Below, one piece after another: positions 40,711 to 53,676 of a stretch of 64,000 nucleotides of DNA. Source of the DNA: Nitrospirales bacterium (GTDB lineage: Bacteria; Nitrospirota; Nitrospiria; Nitrospirales; UBA8639); the NCBI GenBank assembly GCA_965203295.1, contig CBDBCZ010000018.1, forward strand, positions 1,248,001-1,312,000, in the 5' to 3' direction. The translations under genes and the position numbers were made by a program. The notes beneath the pieces were generated by a model. That model was not told where the DNA came from, ran no database searches, and saw nothing but the letters and a program-made list of their open reading frames with translations. Numbering within the stretch: the first letter of the stretch is position 1; the number at the start of each line of letters is the position of its first letter.

Positions 40711-41618
40711 GGCATGTGGCTGGGCAAAAGCAGGTCCCTTATAGAATGAAATGGTTGCAGGCCAGTAATACACCGGAAAAAATGTACAGAGGAGCTACTG
40801 TCTCCCATGGCAAGATGGCCTACTTCAACAGTGAGAGCTCAACTAGTGTGTACTGCTACTGTAACAACACACAACAACAACTATGGTCGCAGCTACCACA
40901 CTGCCATAGCATGGACTCTGCCCTAGTGATGGTAGAAGGAATCCTTACCACTGTTGGGGGGAGGGATCAACATCGGCAGCCTACTGCCTCCCTAACCAGC
41001 CTTACTGACGTGGGCAAGGAGAGGAAGTGGGTGGAACTATTCCCACAGATGCCCACAGCACGCTACTTGCTTACCGCAGTGTGCACGGAGAGGAATGTAA
41101 TAGCCGCCGGGGGGTATGGTGGTGATGGCATACTGACTACAGTTGAAATTCTGGACACTAAGTTACAGCAGTGGTTCTCAGCCATTTCTCTCCCATATCC
41201 AATGTACTCAGCTTCAATTACAGTTTGTGAAGACTCACTTTACCTGCTAGGTGGCTATGATCTCGACGGGCGAACTCGATCAGTACTCACCTGTTCCATC
41301 CCCGACCTCCTACATGAACAGCAAGTATCAGCCTATCGACCTGCAGTGTGGCATCGAGCCAGTGACACTCCTTACTATGGATCTACAGCGGTTAATGTCG
41401 GAGACCAGCTACTAGCTATTGGTGGGTGTAAAGATATATTTAATGAGTACACTTCAGCTATTGTTGCCTACGATACTACCTTTGACTTTTGGAAAGGCAT
41501 GGCACGCATGACTACACCTCGGAGCTGCCCACTAGTGGCTCTGTTACCTAATAAGGAACTAATTGTAGCCGGAGGGTTCGAAGGAGCAAAGACAGTAGAA
41601 ATAGGCAAAATTTACTGA
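40711..41618 (+). CDS. Kelch-repeat beta-propeller exon (probably the last exon of the 34368 gene)
   Basis: Open 300-aa frame with repeated GG-(x)n-W Kelch units (TVGGRD, AAGGYG...QW, LLGGYD, AIGGCK, VAGGFE). Acceptor ctacAG at 40709-40710, phase 1. Confidence 0.85.
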
Positions 41619-42722
41619 AATGTTTATATCTAGTTTTGGCATTGTTCATTGTTTTTGTTTTATCAGTACTGTATATGTATATACTTCTTTCTATTGTACT
41701 CTGTGGAAATATTTCAGGCAGAAACTAATTTTTCACCACAAATGTCCATGCACGACTATACATATACAGTATACATAGTACTTAGCTTGGCCACTTACCT
41801 TGCTTTGGTGATTAATCCTGGCAAATGCACGACTCAGACATAGGCAGCAAATGAACAAATAATGCTGTCTAGGCTTAACCCATTGTTAGCATTGTACATT
41901 GTAGAAAATGTATTTACCTAATTTTTCTAAGGAAAGGTGACAGAGAAAAGGGTGGGAGAAAGAAGTGACCTTGAATCAGCTACATGTAGGAAGCTGCTAC
42001 AGTTGCTAGCAGGTAAAAAAGCTGAACCAAACATCTGCTTAATTTGAGGTGCATGTGAAGGGCAGTCCCATCTCATTGACCTCGACTAATGGTATCCTTT
42101 AACAAGGTATCTAGAACAGAGGCCATGCACAGAACCGACAAACAGAAAACAGAAACTGATTCTGAAAATTTGTGCATTCATGTGCACACTTTTCCTCATT
42201 GTCATCATAGTTTCTACTTCATGCTATATATGCTTCACCCAGCTATATACACCCTGCATATAACTAGTACAATGTCATGATAAAGTTTTTAGTATACAGA
42301 AATTAGTTTCAAATCATCAGTTCTTAATCCCGGTGAAGTTGATGAATACATACAATAAATATATTTAAAGTGATCTAATTATTGCTGTTGTAAGTTCAAT
42401 GATCAGCAAACGTTAGTATCCATTTCAATACAATCCTGAAATCGGCATAATAGTTGCCTTACATTAACCAAAGGAACTTTTGTTCCCTGTACATGCATGT
42501 CTTAGATCTAATCAAGCTGGGTATAGAAAAGTTGTGATGGCGAGCTTTTAATTATTAATCCTGTGATTAAAAAACAATATCAAACTACAAAATTATTGTT
42601 ACAGAAATAGCATGATAAAGATGCGATATTACTCTATTTCTACATACAACTTGCTGACCAATATTCCCAAAAGGGGTTCATATTGACAATTTAAAAGAAC
42701 TATATAGCTTGTCAATGAAGCC

Positions 42723-44927
42723 CTAATTATCAGGAACTATCCTATTAACAGTTGCACCAACAACCGTAGGGAAGTCAGCCATAGACTTCCCCTCAAACGT
42801 GCATGTGTCTGGATTAGCTGTATGCTTCCAGTCTGCAGGTGCGGGGGACTCAGTTGTAACAAATGCTTCTGTTATTGGAGTTGGAATACCCGCTCCAAAA
42901 TTGAAAGGCCCAATGCGAAATCCTCGAGCAGCAACAAAGCGCGCTTCATATTTCTTGAACGTATCTGGGGATGTTTTCACTTTATACGAAATATGATATG
43001 CAGCTGTGAACCCACTTAGCATTACATTGAGCAGACCATTTTCGCCAAAGATGTCTGATCTCGTGAATGGTGGATTCCATGAATCACGCTCAGCAAGCGT
43101 ATGCAAGAAATCCGCTGAATACCAGTGAGGATCAGGCTGGACTGGCACTTTCGAGACAGCTCCAAATGTAATCGAAACTGAAATCTTGTCATTCGGGGCT
43201 ATATCAAGGCTCTCCCACTCATTACTGGCAGCAAAAACACCGAAAAATGCATCTTGACTTCTTGGAATGATCATCCTACTCATCGGAGCATACTCCGTGG
43301 ACAAATCGATTGTGAGATTCTGCACAACACCGTTAAACCCAACATCTTTCCCTGTATCGTACCTCTTTTCTTCCCTAGATGTACCATCTCCAGCCATTCT
43401 CTTCAGCTCAGAAATCCAATCCTTGCCATTAGCCACCACGTAATTGTCAGAGACTACTGTTCCCGCATTCGTCATCATCCTTACAAAGCCGGGCTTGTCT
43501 TCACTTGGACTGCTTGGTTTCTCACTCTCTGTCAGAGCTGATTGATACTCCGTAATCCAGTTGCCCTCAGAACCGATCTGTGGGGTAGTCATCAGCACAC
43601 TCCTATATTGGGGCAAGAAAGTATACTGACACTTTTCTACCGAAGTAGTACATAGACGCATGTTAGCTTTCATTGCAAAGAGTCTTCAATTCCCACCCAA
43701 AGTTCAGCAGAAGTTCCTAAATTGCCGATATTTCGACTAAGGTTATAGTGTAGTCAAAACGTCCGCTATTAAAGAACTTTTGCTGAACTTCGGGTTAGAA
43801 TTGTAGAGCACTTCATGATGAATTCTACGTACTAGCCAACAAAGTGAATATCTGTGTAATTGCATGTTAACTTTATTGTAGCGACATAATTATGATTAAT
43901 TTTATAAAACACAATGATGCACTTGATGAACCCCGTTTGATTCCCACATTGTGACTTGTATACTAACTGCTGTAATTTGAAACTATAGGGTAAGTTAAAA
44001 TTATTATTGTATTTTTTTGGTGGGAACAGCCATTTAATTTAGCAAAAAATGATGACTACAGTCACGCGATTAAGGAAACAGCTGCTTTATTACAGCTTAG
44101 TATAAGGAAATGTTATAAAAACACACAATAAGTAAACATGGCTACTAACAAAAAACTGTCACAGCATAGAGGAAATAGCCTCATGATTGCAATCATTTAT
44201 ACAGCAGCTTCCCATGGCACAGGAAGGAAACGTTATGAAAACACACATAAGGTAGCTGCGCCCTAGTAATTGTTGCACAGGCAGTAGGAAGCAAACTGCA
44301 TGACAATGGCCTACTATACACAAACATTTAAAACCACCCAGCAACCAAAACAACAAATTATTAAGGCATTCTTTTTTTTGCTCATGCAATTTTAAAATTC
44401 ACTGCATGGGGAATGAGCGCAAGCAAGCTATAATTGCATGTTAAACACTACCTACATGCAACCAAGCATTTACATCTTAGTATGCAACAATTAATTCTGT
44501 AATCAGCAGACGTCCAAATTCAGTAAATAAGCAAAGCCGTGTTACCGTATTATGAATAGATTACCAATCAACAGCTCCATATATCCCACTTGCTCTCATA
44601 CGTTTACTCGTTTACTCGTCACACGCGCAGAACACGAACACACATAACACACGCACTTTGCTATTACAATTCATACTCTTACCTGTACGTGCTGTATAAG
44701 TTCTTATCAGTAGATTCATATAGCGGCACCTCTCCACTGGGTTTCGAGGTAGGCATTCGGCTCAAAAACAGATAGGCATTTGGGTCGATGTATCCCAGAG
44801 CTGGCTCAGGCCACCACCAATCCAAGTACGGTTGTAGCAGACGGAAATCATCCTCTCTATGAAGCTTCAGTTTGCTCACGAGTTGGGTATACAACTGCAA
44901 GTACAGACTGTCGTCTTTATCACCCAT
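42723..44927 (-). CDS. Uncharacterised family, paralog 5: divergent, 2 exons, 374 aa, lacking the helical insert
   Basis: Exon 1, 44927-44683 (MGDKDDSLYLQLYTQLV...DWWWPEPALGYIDPNAYLFLSRMP...), has donor GTAAGA. Exon 2, 43602-42723, has acceptor caatatAG. The phase-2 splice gives 1125 nt in frame. Retains KPGFV, WY, DSWNPPF, IFGENG, GFRIGPFNFG and PTVVG motifs. Confidence 0.85.
43669..43821. repeat. Degenerate fold-back/MITE in the intron of paralog 5
   Basis: CAATTCCCACCCAAAGTTCAGCAGAAGTTC matches the reverse complement of GAACTTTTGCTGAACTTCGGGTTAGAATTG. Confidence 0.6.
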
Positions 44928-45399
44928 TTCGATTCGCTCCTTCACTGCAGCAGCATGAACCCTTGTGCGCAGATTTCATTTAAATATACGGACTCGTACG
45001 GGCCATGCGCGGATACACGCAATTTTACGTACCACCTCTAGCGTCCGGAACTCGCCACTGAACAATAGGTTACAGTCTGTTTATCTCGTTGGCAGCCAAG
45101 GGCACAATTATGTGAACATATAAAATGAAGAGGAAAAAAACAACATGCACTTCTGTACATGTACTTTTAATGTAAAAAAAAAGAAGATTCACATAAAACT
45201 CCATGTTTATTGGTGAAAAAAATTGGGTGGGAAAGAGTATTAATTATTATTATTGCCAATTATTTGATCATGTAAACATAGCTGTTATATTATCTTTAAA
45301 TCTTTCATGTCTGAGCCCTACTGGGACATCACATACATGCTACACACAGTAACCACAACAATAATATTAATGGTGACAATCATAACCACAATAACAATA

Positions 45400-46320
45400 A
45401 CTGTTATGATCATAGGAGGTTAGGGTATGGGAGCGCTGGGGTCCAGCTACTTGGAGCGGGGTTTAGCTACTTAAGTCCATCCCAAAACATCTTTCCTCTT
45501 CCTCCACCACACCAGCAACTCCTTCAACAACCACCCGTCTACTATACATCCATCACATCTCTCCCCACTCCTTCAACCCTATTTTCTAACAACAACGCCA
45601 CCTTCTCTTCTTCACATCCCCTCTGTCATACGTATTCCTCACCCCAACTTTCTGCCCCTACTAAACTCTTAATCTTGCTAACTAACTTTCTCTTCTCTGC
45701 AGTAAATTCTCCACAATTCAATACAAAGTGCCCTAGCTACACCCTCTTCCACACCCCTATTACGCAACACACACCTCCCATCTACGCACATCTGACATGT
45801 GCATTTATCCTTAAACAACCCTGCAGAACCAGTTTTCAACCAAAAACCTTAAAAACCGTCTCTTGCCCTACCCATGACGCAATGTACTCCTCCACACCAA
45901 AAGTATCTTTCACTGCTCTATACGATCTCAAGCTGCTCATTCTTCCTTCCACTCATTCCCGTTTTGCTCTCTCACTCCCCTCTTCCACTCTGCTTCAGAC
46001 CCAGCTTGCCCTTCATCTTCCTGTTCCAGCCCATACTTCCTCCTCAGCACTTCATACTCCTCCCTCCTGCCCACTCCACGAGCTTCTTTCAAATTTTCTA
46101 CAATCCACTTTACCAGTCTCTCTTTATTGTGTTCCTCCATCCTCCTACCAAACAGAACCTTCTTCTCTTCCCTCCTCTTCCAACCTTCTCCACCCAAGAT
46201 CGCATCGCACTGCAACCCCTTGCTTGCATCCAGTAACTTCCTACTTATTCTGTCCTGCAATTTCCTCTTTCAAAGGGAGTGATGGCCATTTACAACCACC
46301 TCCTGCATCATTTTAACAAG
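45400..46320 (-). mobile_element. Probable degraded 3' fragment of a LINE-like retrotransposon
   Basis: Strongly purine-rich minus strand with broken W/E/K/R-rich peptide remnants (RMEEHNKERLVKWIVE...LRRKYGL) like post-RT LINE regions. No catalytic motif seen. Confidence 0.4.
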
Positions 46321-46338
46321 AAAACCACGTAACCAGCT

Positions 46339-46409
46339 TAACTGAAATCATACGTAAGTACCACTGTGCTAAGCCTTAGCACAGTGGTACGTACGTATGA
46401 TTTCAGTTA
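46339..46409. repeat. Near-perfect palindrome, 34-bp arms
   Basis: TAACTGAAATCATACGTAAGTACCACTGTGCTAA-GCC-TTAGCACAGTGGTACGTACGTATGATTTCAGTTA (one mismatch). Confidence 0.93.
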
Positions 46410-46426
46410 TATCAGCTACCTTTCCC

Positions 46427-46480
<54 letters not shown>

Positions 46481-49082
46481 TTCGTTAGTACCATAGCTAG
46501 ATATCAGATCAAGTTTACCTGGTAAATAATACCCGGCTTAATGATAGCATCAGAATATTTAATTGTATACCTTCCTTGAGGTATTTTTGAGTGGACAGGT
46601 CACAATCCACCTACTCAGACATGCAGCCATATACTTTTCATCTCGTATTTCTAAATGTAAAGAGCCCTATAATGTATAGTTTATGGCTGTGCCCATAATG
46701 AGCAGGGGTAATTGACCAGATGTGAAGTTGCAGTGCACTGGTAGTGATTGAGAATGTACCGAGTAGTCTTGACTACTCTGGAAGCTACACAGTAGCGGGG
46801 ATTCTATAGTAACCCATATCAATAGAGTGTAGTTGCCAGTCCTACCACATTACAAATAAGGGACAAAGGTAGCTACTTCTTTGTTGTTTGGTTCGTCGGT
46901 AGAATGTGAATAAACTAAGTCTCAGGGCTACAACTGACTAGCTGTTGGGAGGAAAAACTTTCTCGATTACATATTAATCCACCTTACAGTGTCTGATGTT
47001 GGTGAGTGGAAAAGCATTATTTACTGACATGCATTTTAGGCATTGCATGGCCTCCTACAGGAGCCGAATGAGATAAATAGTATGATCTTATGATTGCATG
47101 ATCTTACGCTCTATTGCATGATTTTATGGTTGACTGTCAAAATTTCCACGTTTGATGGCTACCCAGCTAATTAGATATCTATTGCGCACACCCCCATGAT
47201 TCAAAAAGTGGCCTGTTTATTACAGTGGTACTTCACTGACCTTCGAATCTACGTAACTCTCCTCATGAATAATTGATCAGAGGACATCACTTATGCGGCA
47301 ATAATTCAATTCATTGATATGTTTCTGTTTTTCCCTGGCAGCAACCGGAATCAACAGGAGGGGTGTGTCACTTCGATGTGGGTAGCGTCTCTTTCATGTG
47401 TAATATGAGCACTTTGATGTGGTTGAGCGGTACTCTGTTGTTGAATTTTAACACTGGGGTGGGTGGAGCTCTAGCAGATCTGATAATTTTACATTTTAGC
47501 AAAACCTGAAATTGTTTATTTAACAGGGGTGTGGTTAGATGCCTAATTTTCTTCCATTTGGTGTAGACTCTCATGATGTCAACAAAGCCATCCATATGAT
47601 TTGGGAATTCGAAGACACGGGATGTACTCCCTTAAGCAATCCGATATCACTGGATGCTGGTAGTGAACCCATCAGTTCCAGCTTTTTTTTCGCTTGCAGG
47701 AAGCAACTGGGATGGCTGGGTTATTGGAGTGATTGCCTCATAGCAAAATTTGATACTAACAATATTTAATTATGGCTATCAAATATACATTTCCGGGTTT
47801 GACATTTTAAGAGCTAAGAAAACTAGAATTTCACTCCTTAGCTATGGAAGGGTTCTATTGTGAAGGCATACTACTGTAGGAATGCATGAGCTATTTGGTG
47901 GTGAGTGTCCGAAGGGGGTACTCAATTCAACTTGAATTTTTGAGAAATTACAGCTGACAACAAACCACTGGTCATCTGACTATTCTTTGGTGCTGTGTGC
48001 ACGGAACTTGATTCTAAATTATCCCTACTCATGTTCTTTTGGGGTTCAACAAATCTCCCACCACCCCAAAAGGAAAAAAAATAGAAAGGTTTGACAATTA
48101 ACACCCTGGGCTGCACTTGCCCCCAAATGTTGTGTCTCTTCATCCATTTTCATGACGACAAGATCTAGAGAACTTCTTCGGGGATGTCTATCTCTAATTT
48201 AAGTCGGATTGCTGAATTGACGGAGTTTCCCGTTCTTAAGTTTAATGAGTAGTTGTTGCTATTTTATGTGCAAAGCCATATAAAATAATTAGGGTACAGT
48301 TTTACCATTCTTCGCCCTATAACTATAGCCTTTTATAGCTGTGCACATTAATTAAATATTCAGTTTTTGGCAAGAGTGGTAAATTAAGGAACGGGGATCT
48401 GTTGACTTGACTTGCTGTTTCTTTACCGGTAATCCTCTCACACTGAATTAGAAGACTAGGGCATCTATGCATGTACATTGAAAGCATTCAGCCTGGTAGA
48501 ATTATTTTCTCAGTTGGTATTCAGAAAACGTGCACCACATTATGCATCGCGTGTTTCAATTATGGCATAAAGTGGTGCACATATGCAACAGACAACAAGG
48601 TTAACCCTAAACCTTCATGAATTATTCATAAAGTGTGCAGCACACTGAGCACATTTCCATAAAGCATCCTTACAAAGGCGCAAGTAAATGTTGGATCTCT
48701 TTCTACAAAGGGTTGTTTGGTAAGGTTTCGCATTTAGTTTTAGTATTAAGTAACCCTTTTACCAACCATAAGAAAGAACAGAAAAGGCTGCTCAAGTATT
48801 AACGACAAAATTAGTTAACCCTTCCAACAATACCTTGCCCTTCGATCTTAGTGATTATAGATAGCATTCCAAAGTATTCATACCTGTCTGAGGTCACTAA
48901 CCAGTTTAGACTATGATTTACCATCTCAATTTCACTGCTTACAAATATTTTTTTTTGGATGAGGAGTCTTATTGACCTTAATGACCTCATTAAATTCAAA
49001 AGATCCAAGCATAGTATGCATAACATAGTTAACAAATTATTATAAACCACAAAGGCTCTTTGGGATTAGCTAACTATTATTT

Positions 49083-49157
<75 letters not shown>

Positions 49158-49920
49158 TTATAACTAGCTACTTGTAATGTCAGCAGGCATATATGCAGTT
49201 ACAGAGATGTAGCGACAGTCTGCAGGATTCAAGAAGGGTAGGAAGAGATGTCACAGACTGGAGTATGCAGAAGGCAGTCTCGGATCAAGATAGCTTGCAG
49301 TATGTATACGATCAATATTGCTCACTCAGTCACAAGCTATAATTCTGTGCAGTATAATATGTAGAATCTAGAATAACATGCCGGGTCACTAATACACTAT
49401 GTAAAGCTCCAAATGAAATGACATGTCTTTACTTGAATTAGTTTTCTTGGGTGGAGTTAGGAACACGTTGGCAAACAATTAAGATATAGCTACAAATGAG
49501 CCTTTCTTTCTATATGAAATTGCAATCGCGTGTCAAATGATCCTCTTCTTAAACCTAATATAGCTAATATAAATATTGCTAGCTACAGTTCGAAGGCTGA
49601 AAAAAATACTAAGGTTTGTCTTATACCAGCTAGGCTGTATATATTGCTATGTGTCCTTAAAAACACATTGAGGAAAGTATGAAGTAAAATTTGTGAATGA
49701 AGCAGAATTCTTCAGCGATTTCTGCTGCTGCCACAGACTACTTTATCTCTTGGCTTCTTTCGACCACAGCAATTATAACTCAGTATGATTATAATAGCTA
49801 AGTGCAACAGCTTCTAGCTCAAGAAAAGGTTACACACGAACAGCATCACGACACACCCACACTACAAACACTTTGCGAAGATAAGTGTAGTGAGAGTGTA
49901 AAGAAATCTGGGGGGGAGAA

Positions 49921-49990
49921 TGGGACCCAGCTGGGGATTGAACCATGGACCTTCCGATTAGCTACTTGTCAAATGTTCTTACCACTGAGC
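49921..49990 (-). mobile_element. tRNA-derived SINE head
   Basis: Minus strand reads GCTCAGTGGTAAGAACATTTGAC...GGTTCAATCCCCAGCTGGGTCCC (A-box and B-box like). The same 3' part recurs at 56672-56719 (+). No clean cloverleaf. Confidence 0.6.
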
Positions 49991-51005
49991 TTCTACATGG
50001 AACCCCTTGGATAACAATGATTAGTCTTGTGACCAGATCCTCTCCTACCCACATAGCAGGTAGCTATCCCAGTGAAAGAAACAAGATGTCATCTGCCAGA
50101 TAACTTTAGGTGGAAGAGTTCATTGACAAGCAGTTGGAATGCTGCCTTAGGTGATGCTCTTATAGGTGTGGACTAGTCTGAGAGAAAGTGGTTGTGGGAT
50201 GTGACTAGGCTCAAAAGCTAATATTGTAGCTAGCTATACACGTGGCCTTGTTCATGGCGTGTTTATGACTTTATTTAACTGCAGATAGTATGCACTTCGT
50301 TAGAAAGCAATATATAATTCCTTTTATTGTCCTATTTGAAGGGATACACTGTACCGAATGTGCTCTTGACTAAGCTTACATGTATAGCTATGCGTATAGT
50401 TTATTTCTTCCCGAGACATTCAAAACAACATAGCTAAATAATTGCAGATGAAATAACAACGATACTGTACAAATTATGTACAGTGACTGAAATCCATTCT
50501 TGTGGGCTAGTATATGCACGGACTGTATTTCAGTCAGTGTTGCATTGTCTATAGAAGCTGTTCCAACAGTGAATTGACTAGCTAGCTATTATATTAGTTC
50601 GTTTTTTTTTTTGGCTCCACACTTGTTAATTTCCTTCTGCATATATACCTTCCACTCAAACACTTCCACCTTTTAAATTAGTTATCCGATTGAGGTTACC
50701 GATTCAGGTTACCAGTCCCTCTCTTCCATCTTTCGTTGGGGTTTGTGAGGAGGATGGTCTGGACACGAGACTAACTAGACCAAATGTGTCTACCGGTATG
50801 CCACTTCAACATGAGATTTTTGCTCGTACATGCTCCGCTGTCCACTGATGCTAGAGGGTATATTATTCTCTGTGTGTCTCCATTGTCTGCATCCTGTCTG
50901 CTCCTTAATTTTGTACTGCCTCTTTCGTTGTCTAAAAAATCCTTCCTCGAACAGTGAGCTTGCCTTGACAATGAGATCCAATACCCAGTATACAGTGGCA
51001 CTTGT

Positions 51006-51239
51006 CAGAAGTATCTCCTTATTGCCAGGACTCACCACTTTGTCCCTGTAGCCATTGAAACTTCGGGTGCCTTTGGCTCTGCTGCCCTGGAACTCTTCAC
51101 TGACATCGCTAGACGCATTCGATTCGCCACCCTGGAGGTCAATGCACGACCCTACCTAATCCATCGAATATCCGTGGCTCTCCAGCAGGGCAATGCTGCT
51201 GCAATTCTGGGCACTTCACGTGTCGACACATTGTTTTGA
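51006..51239 (+). mobile_element. 5'-truncated non-LTR retrotransposon, restriction-like endonuclease C-terminus (CRE-like)
   Basis: Reads KYLLIARTHHFVPVAIETSGAFGSAALELFTDIARRI...YLIHRISVALQQGNAAAILGTS, followed by a T-rich 3' UTR. Confidence 0.75.
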
Positions 51240-51765
51240 CTTTTGTTCTTAATCATTATTATTTCTGTGTGTGTTTGTAATTTAGTTAATATTCAATTAT
51301 TGTATTTCATTTTTGCTTAGTTCTTTTAATTAATTTTATTTATTTTTAATGTATTTTTGTTTTGCTTAGCTGTTCTATATTGTATTGCCTTGCATTGCCT
51401 TTGTCTTGCCTGTAATTTGCCTATTGCGTTGTGTATTGTAGTTCACCTTTAACTGACAGAGGTACAATATGCTACTTATATGTTACGTATGTAAGTACAT
51501 ACCTACATACCTACGTACATGTGTATATGACGATTATCATGTACAAAAAAAATATCCAATTACTGTTCAGTAGACCTTCAAACCACAGCAGATCATTGTG
51601 GATGTCAATTAATTCATCCAGGCAGACACCAAGACATTCCCTTGCTTACTGTTTTTATCATGGCACTTCCTTCCTCTGATTATAACCTGTGATACTAATA
51701 TTATTATAAATCTTGTCTATACATCATAAAGGTGCTCTTTTTATTAGCTACTTACAGCTATTACC

Positions 51766-51846
51766 TAGCCTCGTTCCCAGGCTGCACTCCCCCGCTTTTA
51801 TACACTGTGCAATGAAGCTGGGGAGTGGAGCCTGGGAACTAGGCTA
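51766..51846. mobile_element. TAGCC...GGCTA mini-element, 9-bp TSD
   Basis: TAGCCTCGTTCCCAGGCT...AGCCTGGGAACTAGGCTA. TSD GCTATTACC at 51757-51765 and 51847-51855. Confidence 0.88.
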
Positions 51847-52413
51847 GCTATTACCTGCTATTATCAATTTATTTGTACTTACACTATATTACTTCATATT
51901 ATATTGCATTATGATTTTTCTGTTGTCATTTTTACTGTTGTTGTGCATTTTTAATGGTCAGAATTGATACAATCATGTATTTTTTTTTTTTAAATTGTAC
52001 TGCAAGTCAATGACACTGATAGGAACTGGCTGCATGGTATGTACATGGAGGGAACGATGAACGGCGGAACCGGAAGCGGAAAAACACACCCCCTGGAGGA
52101 CTAACTGCAAAATGAACTCCCTCCAAGGGGCGTGTCAGTTAACTTCCGCCATTTAACATTCCTTCGCACGAAGCCATGCCCCACCTACCAGAAGCTGGAT
52201 CCCGGAAGCGCATACGGCGACAACACGTTATAATGAGAGAACATGATAGCATGATAATTCAGAGAACATGATAATTACGTTTAACTTTATAAAATGGTAT
52301 TTTTATATTGATTGTGACAAATTAAGCACAAATGAGCTACAAATACATGAACGGAACTAAAGACAGCTTTACCTATTCTAAGAGTCCGAATTCTACGTGG
52401 AGATTTCTATTCA

Positions 52414-53676
52414 CTACACCCCTCCTGGGTTTGCAACAACAATTCCCAATATCGAGGGATAAGTGGCACTGGACTCAACGTGAAATTTCTTATTATCCGA
52501 ATTCTTCTTGAGCTCCTTTTCTGCTTGACTACCAAAGCCACCAATTTGAAACGGGCCAATGCGTATCCCAGTAGAGGCATCGAAATGCTCCTTGTATTTA
52601 CTGTAGGTAGCCTCGCTCATCGTTATATCAATGCTCGGCTGCATTACTCCGACAATGCCAGTTAGCATCAGAGGAAACACGCCACCCTTGCCGAAAACGG
52701 GTTGCGCGCCACTCGTAGAGTAAGGCGGATTCCAATTATTGTCCTTGGCTAACTTCTTCAGCAAGGCAGCGTCGAACCACTTCGGGTCGGGCCCAACTTC
52801 AAACAAGTTGTAGGCTTTGAGCGTAATGGCTACTTCAACGGATTTGTCGTACTGTGCCAAGCTGATCCTCGACCAACCCCCGCCGCTATAAAACGAGAAA
52901 AAGCCCGATTCCAAGCCTGTGCTCCCTCCAGCCCAAGATTTCTCAAGCGCACTCGAAGACGCCGAAGCGGAAACGTTGATTTTTAGGCTTTCTCCACCCC
53001 GGAGAGCTACTTTGCCCGCCCACTCTCCAGGATCCGGAAAGGTGTAGTTCGGTCGTGCCACGGTCGAGCCTCCGACAAAAGCTTTTACAAAGCCCGGCTT
53101 GGGAGTGTTGGGGTCAGTCGGTGGAGTAGCGGCATCAATAGCTTGCTTGAGCCCCGCGTTTTTTTCACCGATGGCCTTAGACAGCGCATCCAAGGCCTCC
53201 TGGTACGCTGCTCTGTCTTGCTCGAAGACAGTCTTCCAGTTCGCATCAATCCACGTGTCGTACGCTTCCGGCTCTTTACCATCCGCCAGCGCCAACGCTC
53301 TGTATTGGCTGTAATTCGAATTGGCCATCAGGGTGTCCGACTCAAGCTTGTTCTGTGCACGCGTCACATCTTCGTTCGCTTGTCTTATTTTGTCATCGAT
53401 AACACCCGTTCCTGCCGCGTTCACCAAAGTCAGTACTTGAAGGTACACCTGGTGCATGTCTGATGCGCTGGGTACGTACGCACCTACAGCGCTCCATGTC
53501 GGCACCTGCCCGACGAATCTATAGACTTCGGGCTGAATGAACCCGTAGGAAGCCGGCTGCCACGTCCAATCCTCCATCGGATTGACTAGCTGGAAAAGCT
53601 TTCCAGAGCCAGCTAGTGCTTTCCCCACTATTTGCTCGTACACTTGCCCGTAGAGGTTCACTGTTGGATCCGACAT
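52414..53676 (-). CDS. Uncharacterised family, paralog 3 (subtype A), 420 aa
   Basis: Intact single-exon ORF, colinear with paralogs 1, 2 and 4. Context ctcaccATG. TATAAAT on the minus strand at 53786-53780. Confidence 0.9.
   Translation of the reverse strand: MSDPTVNLYGQVYEQIVGKALAGSGKLFQLVNPMEDWTWQPASYGFIQPEVYRFVGQVPTWSAVGAYVPSASDMHQVYLQVLTLVNAAGTGVIDDKIRQANEDVTRAQNKLESDTLMANSNYSQYRALALADGKEPEAYDTWIDANWKTVFEQDRAAYQEALDALSKAIGEKNAGLKQAIDAATPPTDPNTPKPGFVKAFVGGSTVARPNYTFPDPGEWAGKVALRGGESLKINVSASASSSALEKSWAGGSTGLESGFFSFYSGGGWSRISLAQYDKSVEVAITLKAYNLFEVGPDPKWFDAALLKKLAKDNNWNPPYSTSGAQPVFGKGGVFPLMLTGIVGVMQPSIDITMSEATYSKYKEHFDASTGIRIGPFQIGGFGSQAEKELKKNSDNKKFHVESSATYPSILGIVVANPGGV

Larger units (their letters stand above)
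34368..41618 (+). pseudogene. Multidomain gene: unknown N-domain, Death domain, coiled coil, PPPVPPR/K repeats, CARD-like domain, Kelch propeller; in-frame stop in the Death domain
   Basis: Phase-compatible exons 34368-34944, 35011-35265, 35335-35399, 35464-36039, 36103-36768, 37267-~37588, possibly ~37706-37761, and 40711-41618. The Death exon reads EWYHLGIRLGITEADLNGIK...KMLSTWLEKSPQPT*ATIINALTSIGRRSLA, with TGA at 35193-35195 where Trp is expected. The donor after the CARD-like exon looks mutated (G|ATAAAT). The link to the Kelch exon is inferred. Confidence 0.7.

Noticed and set aside
42723..43673. Track start MKANMRLCTT for the 316-aa ORF
   Set aside because: The first ~24 codons are intronic. 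Family homology continues in the upstream exon at 44683-44927.
45675..46316. 213-aa Pro/Ser/Leu-rich plus-strand ORF
   Set aside because: A product of the pyrimidine-rich strand of a probable LINE remnant, with no domain features.
47340..49050. Minus-strand stretches that look like decayed exons
   Set aside because: Multiple stops and no recognisable motif, so no gene or element call can be supported.
49921..49990. Possible tRNA gene (also 56672-56719)
   Set aside because: A and B boxes are present but the stems do not form a proper cloverleaf. Better explained as SINE heads.
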